Shown here: piece after piece, positions 48,387 to 58,762 of the stretch
Layout: every line of letters starts with the position of its first letter
How positions within the stretch are numbered: position 1 is the first letter of the stretch
Source: an uncultured Gammaproteobacteria bacterium
Lineage (GTDB): Bacteria; Pseudomonadota; Gammaproteobacteria; Berkiellales; Berkiellaceae
Direction of reading: 5' to 3'
Assembly: GCA_963803015.1 (NCBI GenBank)
Contig: CAWDKV010000011.1
Span: 675,021-739,020, forward strand
Length of the DNA: 64,000 bases
Program-made: the position numbers and the translations under genes
Notes under the pieces: generated by a model
Told to the model about the DNA's origin: nothing
Seen by the model: the letters and a program-made list of their open reading frames with translations, nothing else
Database searches by the model: none

Positions 48387-49017
48387 AATAATTAAAGCTC
48401 TGTTTGAAACCTGCATTATGGTTTTCTTTTCAGGCCTCTTTGCTGTAATCGGTGGGCTGCCCTTAGGGATTATTCTTGCTCTGACAAGAAAAGGACAATT
48501 GTGGGAAAACAAATATACCCACAATTTACTTGGGCTTATCGTCAATGCGACGCGCTCCGTTCCTTTTATTATATTAATGATTGCCGTGATACCCCTTACC
48601 CGATTTATTGCTGGAAGCTCTATCCAAATCAAGGCGCTCATTGTGCCTTTATCGCTAGCAGCCATTCCCTTTTTTGCCCGCACCGTAGAGATGGCAATCT
48701 GTGAAGTGCCAAGCACCCTTATTGAGGCAGCTAAAGCCATGGGCGCAACTTCCCTGCAAATCATAGGCAAAGTCTTGCTTCCAGAAAGTATGTCCGGTAT
48801 CGTGAGTGGGCTTACCCTGACCCTAGTCAATCTAGTTGGCTATTCTGCTATGGCTGGCTTTAATGGTAGTGGCGGATTGGGTAAACTTGCCATAGATTAT
48901 GGCTTCTATCGTTATGAAACCAGCATTGTTTTGATAACAGTGCTTATTATGATCCTAGTTGTTCAACTAATTCAAAGTGTGGGTGATTATTGTGCGCGTA
49001 AAATTTTTACTCATTAG
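48376..49017 (+). CDS. metI: Methionine ABC transporter permease
   Basis: 213 aa with 5 TM helices and the EAA-loop IEAAKAMGAT. It overlaps metN by 11 nt. Confidence 0.9.
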   Translation: MWNEIIKALFETCIMVFFSGLFAVIGGLPLGIILALTRKGQLWENKYTHNLLGLIVNATRSVPFIILMIAVIPLTRFIAGSSIQIKALIVPLSLAAIPFFARTVEMAICEVPSTLIEAAKAMGATSLQIIGKVLLPESMSGIVSGLTLTLVNLVGYSAMAGFNGSGGLGKLAIDYGFYRYETSIVLITVLIMILVVQLIQSVGDYCARKIFTH

Positions 49018-49786
49018 TCTATTCTCCTTATTGCTACTTGGTTGCTCACCCAAAGAGCGGGCCGACAATGAAATATATATTGGCACTATCGTAGGTCCCG
49101 AAACAAAATTAGTGGAAGTAGCAAAAGACGTTGCTGAAAAACACTATGGCCTCAAAATTAAAATTATTTCTTTTGAAGACTATGTCATGCCCAATACCGC
49201 TTTAGCAGAAGGCGCTATCGATGCCAATATGTTTCAGCACCAACCTTATTTAGATATAGTCATTGCCAAGAAAAAATATCCTATTGAGTCCATTGGTAAA
49301 ATGTTTATTTACCCGATGGGAATATATTCACACAAATATAAAGATCTAAAAGATTTACCACAAGGTGCGCTTATCGGGATCCCAAATGATCCCAGTAATG
49401 GCGCACGCGCTTTGCGCTTATTGGCGAAAGCAAATTTAATTAGCGTTCCTGACTTGGATGATTTTACCTTAAATCCTAAAAAAATTACTCATAATCCCAA
49501 AAATTTGGTGATAAAAGAGCTTTCTGCAGCGCAATTACCACGGGTATTAAATGATCTAGATGCAGCGGTAATTAATACAAATTATGCCATCCCCGCAGGA
49601 CTCATCCCCAATCGAGATGCATTATTTATTGAAAGTAAAGATTCGCCTTATGCCAATATCGTGGTCATTCGATCTGCTGATAAAGATAAGGAAAAATATA
49701 AAAAATTAATGGCAGCACTGCATTCTGATGAAGTCATCAATGCAGCCAACACCTTGTTCCCTAATCACGCTATTCCCGCATGGTAG
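48992..49786 (+). CDS. metQ: Methionine-binding lipoprotein MetQ
   Basis: The track ORF begins at 48977. GTG 48992 gives a classic lipoprotein signal (M)RVKFLLISLFSLLLLGC. NlpA-family body motifs (NMFQHQPYL, IPNDPSNGARAL) are present. Confidence 0.88.
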   Translation: MRVKFLLISLFSLLLLGCSPKERADNEIYIGTIVGPETKLVEVAKDVAEKHYGLKIKIISFEDYVMPNTALAEGAIDANMFQHQPYLDIVIAKKKYPIESIGKMFIYPMGIYSHKYKDLKDLPQGALIGIPNDPSNGARALRLLAKANLISVPDLDDFTLNPKKITHNPKNLVIKELSAAQLPRVLNDLDAAVINTNYAIPAGLIPNRDALFIESKDSPYANIVVIRSADKDKEKYKKLMAALHSDEVINAANTLFPNHAIPAW

Positions 49787-51036
49787 ATAAAAAGCAACAT
49801 GCTAATTGGCCCCTTTATGGGTGGGCACTTTGGTTTATCGCCGCTCTTTTTTATAGTTATGAATTTATTCATCGGGTAGCGCCAAGTATTTTGACTTTTG
49901 AATTACGTGATGCTTTTGCGGTCAATGATCACCAATTGGGCATGATGGGCGCGCTCTACTTTTACGCTTATGCTTTGTGCCAAATTCCAGCCGGGATTTT
50001 AATTGACAGGTATGGCCCCATCAAACCGCTCGTTATAGCTGCTGGCATTCTCACCTTTGGAAGCTTTCTCTTTGCCACTACCTCTCACACAGGATTTGCT
50101 TATCTTAGCCGGATCTGTATCGGGGCAGGATCAGCTTTTGCCTTTATTGGCTGCTTAAAAATTGCCAGTCAGTGGTTGAAAAAAAGTACCTTTCCCTTAG
50201 TAGTGGGTTTAACCAATTTATTTGGTACTTTAGGCGCACTGTTAGGAGGAACCCCCCTATCATACCTTACCCAACAAGATGGCTGGCGAAGCGCAATGAT
50301 GGAAATGAGTTTTGTTGGTCTTTTTATTATTTTTTTACTTTTATTCTTTACTAAAGATAAGCGCAAATCTCAACCTTTAGACAAAATATCGGTTAAGCAA
50401 ATGCAACAAAGTCTTTTTAAAATCCTCAAAACAAAACCCATTTGGATTTTAGGCGTTTATAGTGCGCTCTTGGTTGCCCCTATCGCTGCTTTACCTGAGA
50501 TGTGGGGTGTTGAATTTATTAAAGTCGCTTATCAACTTCCTGCTACTCATGCAGCTGGAATAACCCATACAATTTTTATCGGGACAGCTTTAGGTGGACC
50601 ATTGATTGGCTGGCTCGCCACATTTATTAGCAATAAATTTTTATTAATGCGTATCACCACTCTTGGTGCATTGACCATGCTTTGCTTTTTCTTATATTGG
50701 ATTGAGATGCCACAGCTTAATCTCTATGGGATCCTCTTTTGCTACGGTTTATTAACCGCCAATATGTTACTTTGCTTCGCCTTAGTCACAGACTATGCCC
50801 CACCTCAATGTGAAGGGGCGGCTATAGGACTACTCAACACCCTTATTATGGCAGGAGGCGGCCTCGCACAATACCTAGTCGGTTGGCTGCTGAACAATCT
50901 GAAACACCAGCATGAGGGGTTTATCCTTGCCATCGATTATCAAATCGCTTTAACGCTTTTACCAATAGGATTAGTCTTTGCAAGCATGTTGTTACAATTT
51001 ATTAACAATAAAAAGAAAGTGCCTGCCATATGTTAA
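49780..51036 (+). CDS. MFS transporter
   Basis: 418 aa with about 12 TM helices. MFS loop motifs are present (GILIDRYGP). The substrate is unknown. Confidence 0.7.
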   Translation: MVDKKQHANWPLYGWALWFIAALFYSYEFIHRVAPSILTFELRDAFAVNDHQLGMMGALYFYAYALCQIPAGILIDRYGPIKPLVIAAGILTFGSFLFATTSHTGFAYLSRICIGAGSAFAFIGCLKIASQWLKKSTFPLVVGLTNLFGTLGALLGGTPLSYLTQQDGWRSAMMEMSFVGLFIIFLLLFFTKDKRKSQPLDKISVKQMQQSLFKILKTKPIWILGVYSALLVAPIAALPEMWGVEFIKVAYQLPATHAAGITHTIFIGTALGGPLIGWLATFISNKFLLMRITTLGALTMLCFFLYWIEMPQLNLYGILFCYGLLTANMLLCFALVTDYAPPQCEGAAIGLLNTLIMAGGGLAQYLVGWLLNNLKHQHEGFILAIDYQIALTLLPIGLVFASMLLQFINNKKKVPAIC

Positions 51037-52358
51037 ATTCTTCTCTTGGGCTTGTCGCCCTTATCATTTTTATTATTGCTTACTTTTTTGTTGTAACAGA
51101 AGAATTAACTCAATTACGAAAATCTAAACCCTTACTTTTGGCAGCCGGGATTATGTGGTTGTTGGTAGCAATAGCTGCTAAATCTTCAGGCCTGCTTCCA
51201 CAAGTGCAAGCTGCATTCAAACATAATTTTTTAGAATTCGCGGAGCTGTTTTTTTTCTTGGTAGTGGCCATGACCTACATTAATACCTTGGAAGAAAGAC
51301 AAGTCTTTAACGCTTTAAAAGGGTGGTTAATCAAAAGACAATTAAGTTACAAAGCCTTATTTTGGGTAACAGGCTGGCTTGCCTTCTTCCTCTCCCCCAT
51401 TGCAGACAATATGACAACGGCGCTTGTGATGTGTGCCATTGTCATGGCGGTTGGCGTCAATCAGCCTCGTTTTATCAGCTTGGCCTGTATTAATATTGTA
51501 GTTGCCGCCAATGCCGGGGGCACTTTTTGTCCTTTTGGTGATATCACAACCTTAATGGTCTGGCAAAAAGGCGTTATTGCTTTTGCTGGATTTTTTAAAA
51601 TCTTTCTGCCTGCTGTGGTCAATTTTCTCATTCCTGCTCTGTGTATGCACTTTGCATTACCCAATGAGAAACCAATGCCGGTAAAAGAAAATATTGTTAT
51701 AGCCAAAGGAGGATTAACCGTTGTTTTCTTATTTTTACTCACTATTTTGACGACTGTTGTACTCTATCACTACTATACACTGCCCCCTGTCACCGGCATG
51801 ATGTTAGGCTTGGCCTATTTAAAGTTATTTGGCTATTATTTGAAAACTAAAAAAGAAAATATGAATGGCACCTTGAATTTAGATGAATCTGGGACCTTTG
51901 ATATTTTCCGTAAATTCCACCGAATTGAATGGGATACACTCCTCTTTTTTTACGGCGTCATCTTATGTGTTGGCGCACTGGCAGCATTTGGTTATTTACA
52001 ATTAGCTTCTGAAACCATGTATCAAACATGGGGAAACCATTTCAGTGCTTTCCATCAACAAACACCTGGCAACGTAGCAATTGGTTTACTGTCAGCGATA
52101 ATCGATAATATACCTTTAATGTTTGCTGTACTAACCGTCAATCCTGCTATGTCTGAAGGCCAGTGGTTATTAGTGACATTGACGGCAGGGGTTGGTGGCA
52201 GTTTGCTTTCTATAGGCTCTGCTGCTGGCGTTGCCTTAATGGGACAAGCCAAAAAACACTATACTTTTTTAAGTCATCTCAAATGGAGCTGGGCGATATT
52301 ACTCGGGTATATCGGCTCTATTCTCACCCATTTTTGGGTTAATCATCATTTATTTTAG
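51030..52358 (+). CDS. nhaD: NhaD/ArsB-type Na+/H+ antiporter
   Basis: 442 aa, a polytopic membrane protein. SPIADNMTTALVM and LSAIIDNIPLM resemble NhaD-family repeats. The assignment is by recollection only. Confidence 0.6.
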   Translation: MLNSSLGLVALIIFIIAYFFVVTEELTQLRKSKPLLLAAGIMWLLVAIAAKSSGLLPQVQAAFKHNFLEFAELFFFLVVAMTYINTLEERQVFNALKGWLIKRQLSYKALFWVTGWLAFFLSPIADNMTTALVMCAIVMAVGVNQPRFISLACINIVVAANAGGTFCPFGDITTLMVWQKGVIAFAGFFKIFLPAVVNFLIPALCMHFALPNEKPMPVKENIVIAKGGLTVVFLFLLTILTTVVLYHYYTLPPVTGMMLGLAYLKLFGYYLKTKKENMNGTLNLDESGTFDIFRKFHRIEWDTLLFFYGVILCVGALAAFGYLQLASETMYQTWGNHFSAFHQQTPGNVAIGLLSAIIDNIPLMFAVLTVNPAMSEGQWLLVTLTAGVGGSLLSIGSAAGVALMGQAKKHYTFLSHLKWSWAILLGYIGSILTHFWVNHHLF

Positions 52359-52389
52359 AGTTTGTCTAGTAAAAGAGGCTTAAACGCTT

Positions 52390-53109
52390 TTAGCTCTCTT
52401 CCGATTTCCACAAGCACGCTCCACTCAACTTTTCTAGCGTTTTCAAAAATGACTCATGGGCCGCCATTTCCTCTGCTGAGGCTTTAATAACTGGCGTTGT
52501 AAAAGCTGAAAAGGCTATCTCCATGGCTTTTTGTTCTTTTGCTGTTTGAGAGGGGGAAACCTGCTCTTCTCCTAATAAAAGCTTATCTTGACCGCCGGTC
52601 ATAGCCAAATAAACTTCTGCTAAGATTGTCGCATCTAATAACGCGCCGTGCTTTTCACGATGTTGGTTATTAATGCTATAACGTTTACATAAAGCATCCA
52701 AATTATTGCGTTGACCTGGATGTTTGGTTCTTGCTAAGACTAAAGTATCAAAGATCGGACAATGAACACTGAGCGTTTGCCAAGCTTTGTCTTTGAGCAA
52801 GGCAAATTCATTTTCTATAAAACCCACATCAAAAGGGGCATTATGAATAATTAACTCTGTGCCTTGAATAAAGTTTTTGAACTCTTCCACTATGTCTTTA
52901 AATCGCGGTTTATCAACCAAAAATTCATCGCCAATACCATGGACTTGTTTTGCCCCCTCATCCACTTTGCGATCGGGTTGCAAATAGGTATGAAAAGTTC
53001 TTCCGGTTAGTCGCCGGTGGTTAAGCTCAACACACCCAATTTCAATAATACGATGCCCTTGTTGCGGTGATAATCCTGTCGTTTCAGTATCTACAATAAT
53101 TTGCCGCAT
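52390..53109 (-). CDS. dnaQ: DNA polymerase III subunit epsilon (proofreading exonuclease)
   Basis: [13 protein letters not shown] (Exo I), HNAPFDVGF (Exo II) and HGALLDATILAEVY (Exo III) are present. Its ATG shares 1 nt with the rnhA stop (TAATG). Confidence 0.95.
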   Translation of the reverse strand: MRQIIVDTETTGLSPQQGHRIIEIGCVELNHRRLTGRTFHTYLQPDRKVDEGAKQVHGIGDEFLVDKPRFKDIVEEFKNFIQGTELIIHNAPFDVGFIENEFALLKDKAWQTLSVHCPIFDTLVLARTKHPGQRNNLDALCKRYSINNQHREKHGALLDATILAEVYLAMTGGQDKLLLGEEQVSPSQTAKEQKAMEIAFSAFTTPVIKASAEEMAAHESFLKTLEKLSGACLWKSEES

Positions 53110-53561
53110 TATGATTTCACTTCTTTCATTTTTAGAATGGCTTCTCTTGCTAATTCATCAACTAAATCATTTTCAGGATGGTCGCTATGTCCTTTTACCC
53201 AAATCCACTCTATCTCATGCAGTTTTGCTAATTCGTCTAATTGCTCCCAAAGATCTTGATTTTTAACCGGCTTATTATCCGCGGTTTTCCAGCCTTTACG
53301 CTTCCAATTCGGCAACCATTGTGTGATCCCATTTTTGACATAAATAGAATCTGTCACTAAATCTACAATACTCGATCTAGTCAAAGCTTTGAGTCCCATG
53401 ATAGCCGCCATTAATTCCATACGATTATTTGTAGTATGCGCTTCAGAGCCACTTAGCGTTTTTTCATTATCTTGATAACGCAATAACACGCCCCAACCGC
53501 CAGGCCCGGGATTGCCACTGCAGGCACCATCAGTAAATATTTCGACTTTATTTTTTTTCAC
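53109..53561 (-). CDS. rnhA: Ribonuclease HI
   Basis: 150 aa. [26 protein letters not shown] and [18 protein letters not shown] are present. Confidence 0.95.
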   Translation of the reverse strand: MKKNKVEIFTDGACSGNPGPGGWGVLLRYQDNEKTLSGSEAHTTNNRMELMAAIMGLKALTRSSIVDLVTDSIYVKNGITQWLPNWKRKGWKTADNKPVKNQDLWEQLDELAKLHEIEWIWVKGHSDHPENDLVDELAREAILKMKEVKS

Positions 53562-53566
53562 AGGTG

Positions 53567-54325
53567 TTATTGATTCTCTGGTTGGATATTAGTAGTGGGT
53601 TTGACGACCCCTTCAGCAGGTTGCCATATTTTGTCGACTTCCCGCCATTTCATTCGAATGGGTGTTAAGGGAATAACGCGCTTGACGGCTTGGAGGGTAT
53701 ACGCACCCGCCCAAAATGGCCAGCAATGATGTCCCATTTTTTCAACAAAGCCAAGCTTATCAAATAGATTTTGTCGCTTCAAAGGGGGGCGAAAGTGAAA
53801 CATTTTGCTTTCAATTATTTGGAAGTTAAGCAACTGCAGCCAATCTTTGATCCGGTTACAACTTAACATTTTTCCTTCGGGGGAAAATTGTCCAAATAAC
53901 CTTTTGATGCCATACCATATTCCCCAAAGGCTGTAAGGGTTTAATCCCGTAATCAAGATTTGTCCCTCAGGTATCAAAATTCTATAGGCTTCTCTTAAAA
54001 TTTCATGTGGATTTTGCGCTTGCTCAAAGGTATGGGTAAGCACCACAAGATCGACACTATCAGAGGCAATAGGAATGGCATCCCATTCCCCTGCCAGAGC
54101 GCTGATGCGCTCTATTTCCTCCCTTGCCATGGGGTTCACTAAGATATGGTGTGGGATTAAACTAGCGTCTACTAATTGGCTTAAATCCGGCTCACCGAGC
54201 AAAACGAGATGAAAGCCGTATATTTTTGAAAGCGACTCTTCTAACTGTTTCTTTTCAGAAGCTATAAGTCTAGCGCCCGCCTTGTCAGCATACCATTTAA
54301 GGCGTTGTTTATTATCTGCTAACAT
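53567..54325 (-). CDS. Class I SAM-dependent methyltransferase (YafS-like)
   Basis: 252 aa. [37 protein letters not shown] is Methyltransf_11-like. Its position next to rnhA and gloB matches E. coli yafS. Confidence 0.75.
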   Translation of the reverse strand: MLADNKQRLKWYADKAGARLIASEKKQLEESLSKIYGFHLVLLGEPDLSQLVDASLIPHHILVNPMAREEIERISALAGEWDAIPIASDSVDLVVLTHTFEQAQNPHEILREAYRILIPEGQILITGLNPYSLWGIWYGIKRLFGQFSPEGKMLSCNRIKDWLQLLNFQIIESKMFHFRPPLKRQNLFDKLGFVEKMGHHCWPFWAGAYTLQAVKRVIPLTPIRMKWREVDKIWQPAEGVVKPTTNIQPENQ

Positions 54326-54354
54326 TAATCCATCATTCCTATAGGCAACTCATC

Positions 54355-55134
54355 ATGACTTACAAAATTACACCCATCAACGCTTTTAAAGATAATTACA
54401 TCTGGGCTATAGCGAGTCCAGAAAATTCTGAAATTATTGTCGTCGACCCGGGAGACGCTGATCCTGTAATAGAGTACCTGCAAAAAAATAATTGTAAACT
54501 ACATGCTATTTTACTTACCCATCATCACTGGGACCATAGCAATGGTATTGCTCTCTTACGCCAACAGTTTCCTCATGTTCCAGCGTATGGCCCTGAAAAA
54601 GAAAAAGTCGCGGGAATAACCCATTTCGTTAAAGAGGGAAGCTTGGTTTCTCTGTTCAATAACACACTTGTATTTCAGGTCTTAGATATTCCAGGCCACA
54701 CTTTAGGGCATATCGCTTATGTAGGAGAGCAGAGTTTATTTTGTGGAGATACTTTATTTTCTGCAGGTTGCGGTCGCATTTTCGAAGGCAGTCCTGAACA
54801 AATGTTTGCCTCTCTTGCCAAATTAAAATCCTTAACCCCTGATACTTTAGTCTACTGCGGGCATGAATATACTGTCGCTAATTTGCAGTTTGCACGCCTT
54901 GTTGAACCCAACAATTTTTTGCTACAACAAAGATTAGATAGCATGCTAAAATTGCGCGCATTGGGACATTCCACCCTACCCAGCACAATCAAAGATGAAT
55001 TAAAAATTAATCCTTTTTTACGCTGCGAAGAAAATGCCATTATTCAATCAGTACAAAATCACTTTAGCTTCAAGGAGACTGATCCTATCAAGATCTTTGC
55101 CTCTCTTCGCGAATGGAAAAATCAAGCCGGATAA
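54355..55134 (+). CDS. gloB: Hydroxyacylglutathione hydrolase (glyoxalase II)
   Basis: 259 aa with the metallo-beta-lactamase motif THHHWDH and FKDNYIW, GHTLGHI. Confidence 0.93.
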   Translation: MTYKITPINAFKDNYIWAIASPENSEIIVVDPGDADPVIEYLQKNNCKLHAILLTHHHWDHSNGIALLRQQFPHVPAYGPEKEKVAGITHFVKEGSLVSLFNNTLVFQVLDIPGHTLGHIAYVGEQSLFCGDTLFSAGCGRIFEGSPEQMFASLAKLKSLTPDTLVYCGHEYTVANLQFARLVEPNNFLLQQRLDSMLKLRALGHSTLPSTIKDELKINPFLRCEENAIIQSVQNHFSFKETDPIKIFASLREWKNQAG

Positions 55135-55273
55135 CTTAAAGGGTTGCTTTTAGGGCCAAATTTCATTAGCATGTCCGAACGTCATTTTGCAGCCCGAGCA
55201 TTGTATATCCAAGCATCTAGCTAGCTAACAACTGCTCTTCTGCATTATATATTTAAGGTGTTGGAGGCCAGTA

Positions 55274-56449
55274 GTGAACAACAAAAAGTCCAAAAATACT
55301 TTAAGCACAGTGTTTTTAAGTTTTATTCTTGCGCTCGTTGCTTTTTGTCCTTTTGCCCATGGAATATCTTCCGGTGAATTACATCCTTTCCATCTCAAAA
55401 AAGGTTCGATTCTACCCGTATTTTCTTATCACAAATCGACAATATCCTCTCCCACAGGTGAAATTTGGGGTAGGTTACGCAAGCAGTTTAATTTGCCTGT
55501 TTCTAAAAATCACCCTACTTTCAAATATCAGTTAAAGCGTGCCAAATCTCAAGAATATGTCAATGAATTAGTCACTAATGCCTCACCGTATTTGTACTAC
55601 ATCCTTGAAGAAGTAGAAAAAAGAGGCATGCCAAGTGAAATTGCTTTATTGCCTATGGTAGAAAGCACTTTCGATCCCTTAGCTAGAAGCTCCAAAGGGG
55701 CAACCGGGCTGTGGCAATTAATGCCAGATACAGGCAGAATTTATGGTCTCAAACAAAATACCTGGTGGGACGGTCGTAAAGATATTTATGAATCCACTCA
55801 AGCAGCACTTGATCACTTAGAATATTTACATAAGCGTTTTAATGGCAACTGGTCTTTAGCACTTGCGGCTTATAACTCAGGCGAAGGAAAAGTGTCTCGA
55901 GCCATAAGTCATAATAAAGCACGCAAAAAACCTACTGATTTTTGGTCACTCAATTTACCGCAGCAAACTTCTAATTTTGTGCCAAAATTATTAGCGATTG
56001 CCGCCATTATTAAAACACCTGAACAATATGGGGTCGATCTGCCTACTATCCCTAATAAACCTGTCTTTACGCAGATAAATACGGGAAAAGCGATGAATAT
56101 CGCGCAAGCTGCCGAAATGACTGAGGTACCCGTTAAACAATTACAAAAGCTCAATCCGGGCCTCCAAAAGAAAACCATGGCACCAAATGGACCTTATAAA
56201 TTAGTGGTTCCGGTTAAATCCGCCAAAGCAATTCATCAAACAGCACGCAAAGAACCCACAGTGAAAACCGCTCGTAAAACGCCTATAAAAGCAACTAAGC
56301 GTAAATCTAGCCGAAAGCAAGTTGCTAAAAAGAGCAAGAGTATTGGTAAAATTGTAACAAAACACAAAACAACGCCTGCTGTAAAACGGAAAGGAAAGCG
56401 GTTACCGCATGATGTAATGATAATTGCAAAATCGATCCCGGTGAAATAA
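55274..56449 (+). CDS. mltD: Membrane-bound lytic murein transglycosylase D-like protein (SLT + LysM) with a Lys-rich tail
   Basis: GTG start with a GGAGG SD. The SLT motif is LPMVESTFDPLARSSKGATGLWQLMP. A LysM-like segment reads INTGKAMNIAQAAEMTEVPVKQLQKLNPGL. It is adjacent to gloB, as in E. coli. Confidence 0.85.
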   Translation: MNNKKSKNTLSTVFLSFILALVAFCPFAHGISSGELHPFHLKKGSILPVFSYHKSTISSPTGEIWGRLRKQFNLPVSKNHPTFKYQLKRAKSQEYVNELVTNASPYLYYILEEVEKRGMPSEIALLPMVESTFDPLARSSKGATGLWQLMPDTGRIYGLKQNTWWDGRKDIYESTQAALDHLEYLHKRFNGNWSLALAAYNSGEGKVSRAISHNKARKKPTDFWSLNLPQQTSNFVPKLLAIAAIIKTPEQYGVDLPTIPNKPVFTQINTGKAMNIAQAAEMTEVPVKQLQKLNPGLQKKTMAPNGPYKLVVPVKSAKAIHQTARKEPTVKTARKTPIKATKRKSSRKQVAKKSKSIGKIVTKHKTTPAVKRKGKRLPHDVMIIAKSIPVK

Positions 56450-56463
56450 TTTCATCCGGGATC
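56434..56463. terminator. Strong hairpin spanning the mltD stop codon, between convergent genes
   Basis: GATCCCGG tgaaataatttcat CCGGGATC is an 8-bp outer stem. An inner TGAAA/TTTCA pairing extends it. No U-tract is present. Confidence 0.45.
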
Positions 56464-56488
56464 AAATCCCATTCCATGCCACTGATGT

Positions 56489-57064
56489 TTAGGGACGCTT
56501 CCAAAAATTTAAGTTAAATTGTTCTCCTGTTTCTGGCTCAGGCGCCGACAAAGCGACAGAATTATCTGTTCGCTCGGATAAAAGTAAAGCCGGCGACGGG
56601 GTCAAAGCCGTGGTTGACAAATCTTCTGAAGTAGTCGTTAGTTGTCTCATTGCTTGCTCAAGAGTATCAACAGGGTTGTGCCTTAGTCTTAATGTTATCG
56701 TTTTGTGTGTCTTCTCTACTGAAACTATCCAACCAGTAGCTTGATTAAATGTGGAATGAACAGCAAAAAGTCCTGAATCTTTAAACCATTTGATGATATC
56801 TTCAATATCTTTTTTAATACTCTCTTTCGTTTTTATATTACTCTCTAATTTTCCACCTCGAAGAAAGTTAGCATTAAAGGTTTGTATTTTACGTTGTAAC
56901 TGCGAAAATTTTTCTTGTTCCTCAGCAGAATATCCCGAAACAATTTCGTTGTTTATTTGATGTTGCAAAGCCTGAGCTGCGTCGCCTTCGTTTCCTGTTT
57001 TATACTCATAAACGACTGGTTTCACTCTCTCGTGTTTAGCCTTTGCTTTGTTGTTTTTTGGCAT
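56489..57064 (-). CDS. Orphan protein (about 191 aa)
   Basis: The track ORF begins at TTG 57079. ATG 57064 (MPKNNKAKAKHE...) has an AGGAA SD 7 nt upstream. I recognise no domain. Confidence 0.5.
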   Translation of the reverse strand: MPKNNKAKAKHERVKPVVYEYKTGNEGDAAQALQHQINNEIVSGYSAEEQEKFSQLQRKIQTFNANFLRGGKLESNIKTKESIKKDIEDIIKWFKDSGLFAVHSTFNQATGWIVSVEKTHKTITLRLRHNPVDTLEQAMRQLTTTSEDLSTTALTPSPALLLSERTDNSVALSAPEPETGEQFNLNFWKRP

Positions 57065-57245
57065 AATATTTTCCTGCAATAAAAGTGCAAATTATACAAT
57101 TTTGTGTTTTTAAATACCTCAAAATTAACCATTGGGTTTGCCTGTTTTATGTTTTTTTCAAGTGACGTCATTTTTTATCTGACTTTCTAAATTAGCTTTT
57201 AAATAGTACGATGTCAAACTATTTTCTGCTGGAACATTATTTCTT

Positions 57246-58649
57246 ATGCAAAATAAATATTCTGTCCAAACAAAAGCACACTATAAAATATGGTTTAGTA
57301 AAAGTCCTGATTCCTTTTTACCCCTTGAAAATCAGTTGCGTTTTATAAGAATGCGACAAAAAAACCCTAGCAGGAAATTAAGCTTTATCTATAGTGCAAA
57401 TTGCCTAAGTAATTCCGCATTAAAGGCATTAATCCCGTTTTGTAAAACATATGATATTCAACCAATTGATTTTGATAGTGAAGTAGATACACAAACTTCA
57501 CCATTAAAAGATCAAGATAAATCGATATTTCAAATTGCCCAGGATGAAATAGCTCATTGTCGCAACCAAACTGGCGGCAGTATGGCTGCCGCTTCTGACT
57601 GTGCTCGACTAATCGTGCCGCTGATTTAAAGAGCAGGTAATTACAGCGATTTTGATGTTGAAGTCAAGATGGAAAATAAGCCTGATGTGATAGAAACTCA
57701 AGTACCTGTAGTTTTCCCTATTGATATAATGAGAGACAGCCCGATACCTATTCCAACTCTAAATAATGAAACAATCGTTGTTGCACAAGACGTTGCTACT
57801 TTAAAAATGCATGAAGATGCTATTAAACAAATTCAAACTGTGCAAAATACTATCATTAAAAATTATGCCAATACTAAATCATGGTTAAAAGCGCTCTTAG
57901 AACCAAAGATAATTGAATCTGAACTGGAAATGTTGCCATGCCAAGTGTTAGCATATGTTGAGACTTTTATTAAAGAAAATCCCCATGCAACCATTTATGA
58001 TTTCAGAAAAGATCTGGAAAATATCAAATATCTCACTTTTATAGCGCATATTAAATTAATAAAAAAGTTTAGATATTTCGGAACACACTTACCTGACATT
58101 TCAGAAAAACGCGCTAAAGAAGTATTCTATAAAGAATTACATGAAAACAATTCCGCGTTCGCAACACAAAGAGATGCTCTTATCCTTATAAGAAATAAAT
58201 TACTAGTTACATCGGTTTCTTGTATAACAGGACCTGGAGTACATATGGGTTTATTTGAGCCACCTAGTATTGAAATAAAGAAACGAGACTACGGATTCAT
58301 TACAACGATTAGTATCGAGCCTGCTGAAGAGTATGATGACTTTTTATCAAGATTCGAAAAAGCAAGTCTCGAAAAAAACAATCTTTCAGGATGTTTTTTT
58401 AGCAAAAATACGTTTGAGGAAATAAAAAAATCAAAAGAGCTTGATGCTGAAAAAATAATCGGAACGCTTGGAGATCAAGCTTGGACACATATAGGTGAGA
58501 AAAAGCAACGAGAGCGGTGCAATAAACTAGTAGATGCGGGTAATATTATTTGGCATGGCTGGACGCATTATCGTGAATCTAAAAGAAAACAAAATGAAGA
58601 TGCATCTCAACCTCAACCTGAGAGATTAATTAAAAAACCTAAAGTATAA
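57246..58649 (+). pseudogene. Toxin-like GT-A (DXD) glycosyltransferase gene interrupted by one in-frame TAA
   Basis: Track ORFs 57246..57629 and 57669..58649 are in the same frame, and a single TAA at 57627..57629 separates them. Read across the stop, the sequence is GGSMAAASDCARLIVPLI*RAGNYSDFDVEV. This matches the AAASD..R ... GG.Y.D.D pattern of clostridial-toxin/Lgt/SetA-type and PF04488-type glycosyltransferases. The DFD lies at 57648..57656. Confidence 0.65.
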
Positions 58650-58762
58650 AAATATTTAACAAAGATCCCGGTGACATGTCATTTCTTTAATGACATACAT
58701 CTCTTATCTCTGGGGGTAAAATTCTCCCCCATTTACGCACTGCTTAAATCCTCAGGTGAAAT

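Noticed and set aside
48369-48830. 153-aa minus-strand ORF antisense to metI.
   Set aside because: It lies entirely within metI, which has clear ABC-permease features. It is a typical shadow ORF.
52390-53561. Co-directional, 1-nt overlapping rnhA-dnaQ (divergent in E. coli), considered as a notable rearrangement.
   Set aside because: The gene order varies widely among gamma-proteobacteria and both genes are intact. It is not unusual enough to flag.
56431-58680. A shared 11-mer GATCCCGGTGA at 56434 and 58664, considered as a repeat element boundary around the orphan/glycosyltransferase block.
   Set aside because: There are only two copies, one of them inside the mltD coding end, and there is no extended similarity beyond the 11-mer. 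This is most likely coincidence.
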